Source: Octopus vulgaris (lineage: Eukaryota). From it: a stretch of DNA of 64,000 nucleotides. Within the stretch, counting starts at the first letter, position 1. Each line of letters opens with the position of its first letter. The stretch is from contig OX597815.1 in NCBI GenBank assembly GCA_951406725.2, positions 136,462,001 through 136,526,000 on the forward strand. Reading direction: 5' to 3'. A model generated the notes under the pieces. It worked only from the letters and a program-made list of their open reading frames with translations. It did no database searches and was not told where the DNA came from. Positions 56,816-64,000 of this stretch are shown piece by piece. Both the position numbers and the translations under genes were made by a program.

Positions 56816-58084
56816 TAAAGTAAAACGATATTTCTGTTATTGTTATTACGTAAATCAGTCGTGTCTTTGTAATAGTCTTATGATTACGGACTATTCCACA
56901 CGAAAGTATTCGAAAGAGAAAGGTATGCGGACCACCTAACAGCCAACAATAACTGTGTCACAAAATATCTGTTGACTGAAGCACTCATTGCTGTCTACGT
57001 CCGGCCTTGATTAGGTACTGATTGAGTTTATGATTTAATTTAAGTTATGAGAGAAAATTGGTTCGGGAAATTGCAAAGAATTTATCTGTAGTTCATGAAT
57101 TTTGCCTGTGACTGATATGGCATAGGAATGAAAGCTCGTATGAAACGGAAGGTAAATTAATAACACTTGAAATTGATTTAACTATTTGCTTTATAATCTA
57201 CTGCAATGTCATGTTATATACGACAGAATTGTGCTATCAGCCTATGGTAAATTGAAACGGCAGACAGTGTGTGCTATATATAATTATTTCATTTAATAAT
57301 CGGTTTCGTTAGTTCCAAAATTAATTAATTGTATTAATTAGATAGACACATTGTATTGCGTAAAGCAATATCATAGTGGTAGCCCATACGGTATCTGAAA
57401 TCAAAATATTGTAATGGAGTCATATACCAAAGGTAACCCACTGTAAAATATTTATAGGTTTATGGAACTGATTTGATGCACATTGCAATAGTGAAATAGC
57501 GATATAATACAAATTCTATTGATATGATATATATGGATTATGAAGTAATCAATTGTGGAACACGAAATCATATAAGATTTGTTTAGAAATCGAATATAAC
57601 AGGCTCACTATAACTTATATTTGTAAGCCTAAATAATCGAATCAAATATGCATCTTAAAGTTTAGAGTTGTTCTAAACTTTTATTAAAATATTACTGTAG
57701 CAAATCTAAATTGAATGGAATTGACTACAACGGTAGAACACGTAAATCAAAACCTGTCCATAGATTCAAACACGATTCGAATCCATCTGACTTCAAGCGG
57801 TACTTTTCATGCTTGTTTCATACATATTAAGGTAGAATTAGAGAAGTACGACGAAGGACGTTAGTACGATGAAAATAATAAGAAAAAGAGAAATCTTATC
57901 GACTAAAGGTCATAGATCTTTACTAGCTCTATTTCGTCCTAACTCAGTAAGTGACTAAAGACAATGAGACGTCCAGTTCATTTCGTTTCTTTTCACGACG
58001 ACTAAATATCAAATATTGCTCATCAAACACGTGCGCGCGCGGACAAGCTCACACCCACAGATAGATAGATCGATAGATAGATAG

Positions 58085-58274
58085 ATAAGTTTCTTTATTG
58101 GCCACACAGGGCTGCACACAGATGGGACAAGTTACAAGGTAGAGCTTTTCTTTTGGGGGATGAAAAAAACAAAGAACAAAAGAAACAAAAACAAGGGGTG
58201 GCGTAGGTTTTCGATCAAGAGGGATCGTAAAAGGGAAGAAAAGAACAAAAAAAAAATAAATAAAATAAAAAATA

Positions 58275-58280
<6 letters not shown>
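58085..58280 (-). mobile_element. 3' end of a probable non-LTR element inside (GATA)n
   Basis: Minus strand ends ccctgtgtggccAATAAAgaaac; (GATA)n on both sides. Confidence 0.5.
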
Positions 58281-58318
<38 letters not shown>

Positions 58319-59015
58319 ACTCAATGTATGTGCTTGTTTTGTTCGCCGATTCGCCGTGGTTTAGTGCTTCAGAGACGTCTTCTTCATAGCACTTGAAAGT
58401 CATAGACAAGCGTTATAATGCAGCGAGTTTCTGAACAAATAAAACACATAAATTGAGTGTTTGCGGTCGAGAATGTTTGCAACATTGTTCTTACACTATT
58501 TATAAATAGTTATAGACTAGTGGTTAGTTTTATGTATGAGATGTTTATAAGCCACAAAAATAGCGAAATATCGGTATCCATCACAACTAAATTCGACTGG
58601 AGGCGAATTGTCTCGCTAGTCTACTTCTTTCAGAAAAGTACTCCACCAAACGAACTAGCGAAACAAACGAATCACATGCACTAAGTGCGCGCGGTCGATA
58701 ACTTTATGTATATATCTAGATAGACATATAAATGTATATATGTGCGTGTCTGTTTGTGTGCATATGTATATGTGTGTTATACACTTTCACACGCACATGT
58801 AAATATAAAAGTAAATTATGCAGGGTTTATGCATACGTGTTGAGATGTGTGTTTGTGAGGGCGTGTGAAGTTATGCATTCATCTATGTGTGTGTATATGT
58901 GTTTGTGTGTGTGTGTGTGTGCGTGTATTTTATGTATAAGAAAAACGAAGAAACTGATATATAGACATTAATATATTAGAACATAATACAATTCTGAGGA
59001 ATATCAAAGTCAATT

Positions 59016-59110
59016 TTCCTTACAATTGTTTCCATTCCCAATTGAATCAATTTGAGAAATTACATTAAATAAAATTTCCATATCCTTTATTGGGTATTTC
59101 ATCAGAGGAA
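59016..59110 (-). ncRNA. Type I hammerhead ribozyme, intact core
   Basis: Minus strand ttcct-CTGATGA-[66 nt, aatacccaat...attgggaatg]-GAAAC-aatt-GTA|aggaa. Confidence 0.7.
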
Positions 59111-59209
59111 GAATTTGATAGAAACGAGCTACATTCCAATGTGTTATTTAACCATTGATAGACTCAGATATGTGACTTTCAGTAACCAATTTATTTACAA
59201 AACCGTTAC

Positions 59210-59251
<42 letters not shown>

Positions 59252-60621
59252 ACATATTTAAATGCAAGCTTGTGTAATGAATTTGTGCGTGTGTTGTGTT
59301 GAAAAAACAAAATATTCGTTAGTTAGCTTAAACGATATTTAGATACGATTACTTTAAACTAGAAGCTAAAAAAACATTATTGCTTAATTACAATATTACT
59401 TATGATAGATCAACATACCATTAAAGTATTTAATCACTTAAGAAATTTAATTATAAGTTACCCAGCCGCAGTTTAGAAATTATATTTGCATAATAAATCA
59501 TAATTTGTTGATTTTAAAAACCATAGTTGTGTATTTGTAATATTTTCATTACGTATTTGTGCGTGTGTATGTTTATGCATCGAGAGCTACTGGACGATGA
59601 CGAATTAAAGCTGCTTACTTATTACCATAGCTGAATATTACGTCGTCAATATTTGGGCGCAATATATTTGTTTACATAATACACGGGCTTTAGTGAGAAA
59701 ATCCCCAAGTTTAACAAGTCAAGATTATTGAGATTAATAAAAATTCAAACCGTTATTGAATTAATACGTATTATCTTTAACTTAAGACTACCAATTATCT
59801 TTTTTAGTATATTAACCACAGATCCCTAAGATACGTACTAAAATTTAAATATTTTAACCTTTATATAATACAGTTACTTATAAACAAAAACCTTATGCTC
59901 GTATTTACCATATATTATATACATATACATTTTTTAATATTAATATATCTACTAAGAATTACCGAATCTTTATAAGTGTTAGTGTATTAATCCTGTGATA
60001 CCACCTAAGTTTATAGTACTGGTAACTTTTATATTGTATTAAATGGTAATTTTGGGAAACAATTTTATAAGCGATTTCCAACCGTCCCTCATATTTACAA
60101 GGATTTCCCACCCTCCCTCCTTTTATTAAGGAGTCTACGTTTGGATTTTAAGATTTGGTATAATTCTTCTAGGCACAGAAAACAAAAGCCATTGCCAATT
60201 TCATAGGTTCTAGCTTTGCTTCTTAATTAATAAAGGGTGTCGATAAAATAATTAATAAATTAATTAATTAATAAAGGTCCTTAAAAGAGGAAGAGTTACA
60301 AAACATGCCATTGCGTGTCTCATAACCACCTGACTGTAAAGCAAACAAACTCTGTCATTCTCTGTGAATGAAAATACATTCACAAAATTTTATGGGATAT
60401 CAGTGAATGGATTTTACTTTTCATGCAAAGAATTAGAAGTACAGTCAAGCTTCATAGAAGGCAAAATGTTATAGAGTATAGTTATATAATTCAACTATAA
60501 CGTTTCGGATACATTCCTTCGTCGCGCACTGGGAGAGACGAAAAAGTGAAGAAAAGAATACAGGAAAAGAAATAAGAAATGAGAGAAGAGAGTCAGAAAA
60601 TATTGCACATGAGCGGTAATA

Positions 60622-60685
<64 letters not shown>

Positions 60686-60741
60686 GTATGTATGATGTAT
60701 GTATGTATGTATGTATGTATATTTTTATAGTTATATGCAGA

Positions 60742-60778
<37 letters not shown>

Positions 60779-60852
60779 AATATTAGGGAATAAATCCAAA
60801 TTTACAGGGAAAAATCAGATTTAGGATTGAATCCAATTTTATAGTAAAATAT

Positions 60853-61032
60853 TATATTATATTAAATTAGAGACAAAACCACTATTATGCAAATCAAACA
60901 AAGAAAGACTTAAACCAATACATAAAATAATTTATATAAATTTAGAAATTTAAATTTATATAAATTATTTTATGTATTGGCTTAAGTCTTTCTTTGTTTG
61001 ATTTGCATAATAGTGGTTTTGTCTCTAATTTA

Positions 61033-61042
<10 letters not shown>
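60853..61042. repeat. Near-perfect palindrome, 92-bp arms, 6-nt loop
   Basis: 60853-60944 pairs with 60951-61042 with one mismatch. Confidence 0.95.
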
Positions 61043-61063
<21 letters not shown>

Positions 61064-61490
61064 GTATATTTGTGAGTAGTTATCCAATGAGATAGAAAAA
61101 CATATGCCCAAGGACCAAGGATACCACTAAAAAGCATAAAACCTACAGGAGGAAAACTTGTGGTAGAAAAAGAGTATGTAATTAAAATAAAATCTAACAT
61201 CCAAGAAGTGAGTGCAATGAAAATAAATACGCGAAATGAAGTAGAAAATGAGCGAACATTTTGGGTTGTATATTTTACTAAAAGAAAAAATAATTTTAGC
61301 AAAGAAAATAAATTGCTTGATATCATATTTACGGTGAACCTAAGGCATTAAATACCCACCACTAATACACACCACATGCACACACACACACGCGCACGCA
61401 CGCACACATAAACACACACACATACGCACACTAACACCTATACCACAATCACACATGCACACATACATACATAAATACTACATACATGCC

Positions 61491-61526
<36 letters not shown>

Positions 61527-61529
61527 TAC

Positions 61530-63344
61530 AAAACCTTTGACTCTGTTCCCCTCATGGATGCTAGAAGCCCTTTAAATTGCTAAAGCTCCAGTGAGAATAG
61601 TCAAAACCATAGCTGACCTGACCTCATCGTGGGCCACCATCTTGAAATTAAACACAAAGTGAGTGTATTATCACCGATACAGTACTGCAAAAGCGTATTC
61701 GAAGGAGACAGCCTCTTTGTGATATTGTTTATACTTTCTGTAAACCCCTTATCATTCATGTTAAAGAGGTCTGAAGTATATCTCATTGGTTCACAAGGAA
61801 ACAGAAATACCAAAATTACACACTGTTTCTTTCTGGATAAAGAGACCCTTGATCTAGTTACAACATTCTCAAAGGATGTAGGATTGGAATTTGGTCAGAA
61901 TAAATGTTGTTATATGGCTGTGAAAAGGGAGAAAACAATAAACCAGACTAGTAATAACTTCATTAATGATTTGGCTCTTTCCCCTGTAACTGACGAGGAA
62001 TGTTACTGGTATCTAGGGGTGGATGAAAATATAGCTTATGATGGCACCTGTAACAAAACACGTGTCACTAAAGAATGTTACAACCGAATAAAGAAAATTT
62101 GGACCTCAAAACTTTCTGCATTCAATAAAACAGTGGCCCACAATGTGTTTTCAGTGCCAGTACTCATACCAACATTTAGGCTGCTTGATTGGACGCTTGA
62201 TGAGATCCGAGTCATTGATGTGAAAACCCCCAAAATAATAAGTACATATAATTTCCTCATAAACATTGATGTAGACCGCCTCTACCTAAAACGAAAATAA
62301 GGAGGGAGAGGCTTAACATCGATCGAAAATGCCTTTGAATGTCGTATCATATCCTTTCGGCAACATCTTTTAATAAGCAAGTGTCGAAAGGCATCCCTTG
62401 ATCAAGTTCGATTACATGAGGCTGATAACATCATAAGACTTGAAAGGCAACTCCTTGAGCAACACTCTTTGTCTGATAACCAAGAATACATGCCCAAGGA
62501 AGTCGCACGAATCTACCGCAACCTATCATCAGATGAGAGGATGAGCCTATATGAGCAGAAGGCTATGAATGGATATGTTATTAGAAAGCTTCAAGATGAT
62601 AGTAACATTGATCATCAAAGAAGTTTATCATAGATCAATAGCCAGATTACTACCTATCACTTTGAAGGGTATGCGTTTGCAATCCAGGAGCAGGAAATAT
62701 CACCCAAGAGATGCAGGTAAAAACGTAAAATGTGACAACCGATGCAGAATTTGTGGGGTTCACACTGAAGATATAACCCACATCATAAGCAGTTGTCCGG
62801 TATTATCACGGTATTATCTACCGATGAGACATGGCGTTGTAGCTAGAACACTCTATAATGAATTCCGTCGGAAGGATAATCCTGAGGACAAAGAGATATG
62901 GTAGAAGCCATAGCCACTCATAATAAAAATAATACTGGTGGAATGTACCAGTGAAGACCTCAATAAATTGTAAGCACAACAGTCCTGATATAATGATTTG
63001 GGATAGAGAAGATAAATTAGATGCCCAGCGGATGTTAACATAAAGCTGAAGATTACTAAAAGAGCGAACACCAATGCTGAACTATTGAGAAATCTGCAGT
63101 TACTCTATCCAGATTACAAGTTCACGTTATACTAATCTTGAGAAATTAGGCTTCTCAAAACAAGAAAGGAGAAACCTAGTTCGAAGACTAAAGATATAAT
63201 CCATCACTAGAACTGTAAAAATCTGTAAAACTTTCCAGAAGTGTATCATTTAAATACATATGACCATGTCTATATATGCAACTATATGCATGGAGTACAT
63301 ACATAAAACATACATATCTGCACATACATAGATGTATACATACA

Positions 63345-63377
<33 letters not shown>

Positions 63378-63510
63378 GTATACATGCATACATACATACA
63401 AACAAAAATACCCTTTTGTTGATGTAGAAATTCCAATGAAAGAGCCTTGGATCTAGGTTAGAAACCGGTTCTTTCTCCATTAGCAAGAAACCTTGAAATA
63501 AACTGAATAA
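61530..63510 (+). mobile_element. 5'-truncated R4/Dong-clade LINE (RT, CCHC, restriction-like endonuclease), decayed
   Basis: KTFDSVP, VFEGDSL, GLEFGQNKC, YLGV, DRLYLKRK*GGRGL, EGYAFAIQEQEI, CRICGVHTEDITHIISSC...RH, HNSPDIMIWD. Confidence 0.9.
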
Positions 63511-64000
63511 TGGCATACGCACAAAAATTTACTTACTCCGAATCTTTAGAAATGGTTAAAAGTTAGAAAATCATATCAATGTTATGGAAAAAGTGTACAT
63601 AATTTTAAGTATGGAAAATGTGTCTATCATTTTATGTATGAGCCAAACTCTCCTTCAATAGTAGACTACGATACATTCATGCATTTTCTGAGAGGAAGAC
63701 GAAGATATACGCTTAATTCACCATCCAGTTAGATCCCAACCCGGCATGCAGTGCTGTTAACTGTCATGTCCAATTTGTAAGGTGGCAGAGAAAGTATCTT
63801 TTGTTAAAAGCTTCAGTTAGCGGATGTGATAATTTGCCACCAAATTAATAACTCTTTAAGAACGTACTCTCGAAGCTATCCTAAACTGTATATTTCTCTC
63901 AACCAGTTCACAGACTATTGCCCCAGGAATTATAGGATTACAAGAAATACATTTGAGATCCCTGAATTGTACTTGACTGCTACACACGATCAGCAGAGCT

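Noticed and set aside
63432-63475. Hammerhead in the Dong 3' UTR (ccaatga...gaaaccggtt)
   Set aside because: The core is non-canonical and the bases are better explained by a simple 9-bp stem-loop

Overview
AT-rich, microsatellite-saturated eukaryotic DNA. The SINE families resemble the octopus OK and OR1/OR2 tRNA-SINEs, so an Octopus genome is inferred. I found no intact cellular gene, and nearly all listed ORFs are artefacts of (TA)n/(CA)n/(TATC)n/(TTA)n repeats. The window is dominated by decayed mobile elements: about 20 SINE copies, Penelope-like elements (PLEs; GIY-YIG 3' ends plus pLTR remnants), RTE and R4/Dong LINEs, Tc1, mariner, FLYWCH-MULE (Phantom-like) and probable Chapaev-3 transposases, Helitrons and MITE-like foldbacks. 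The most notable signal is a set of type I hammerhead ribozyme motifs in PLE-type remnants. Three have complete catalytic cores, a palindromic helix III and an unusually large (54-66 nt) domain II. There are also many foldback structures, including a tRNA(His)-like head at the apex of a long hairpin, a near-perfect 92-bp-arm palindrome and a 2.4-kb inverted duplication. A few minus-strand splice signals hint that the window lies in the introns of a long host gene. All family assignments come from motif recognition by eye, not from database searches, and most element boundaries are approximate.
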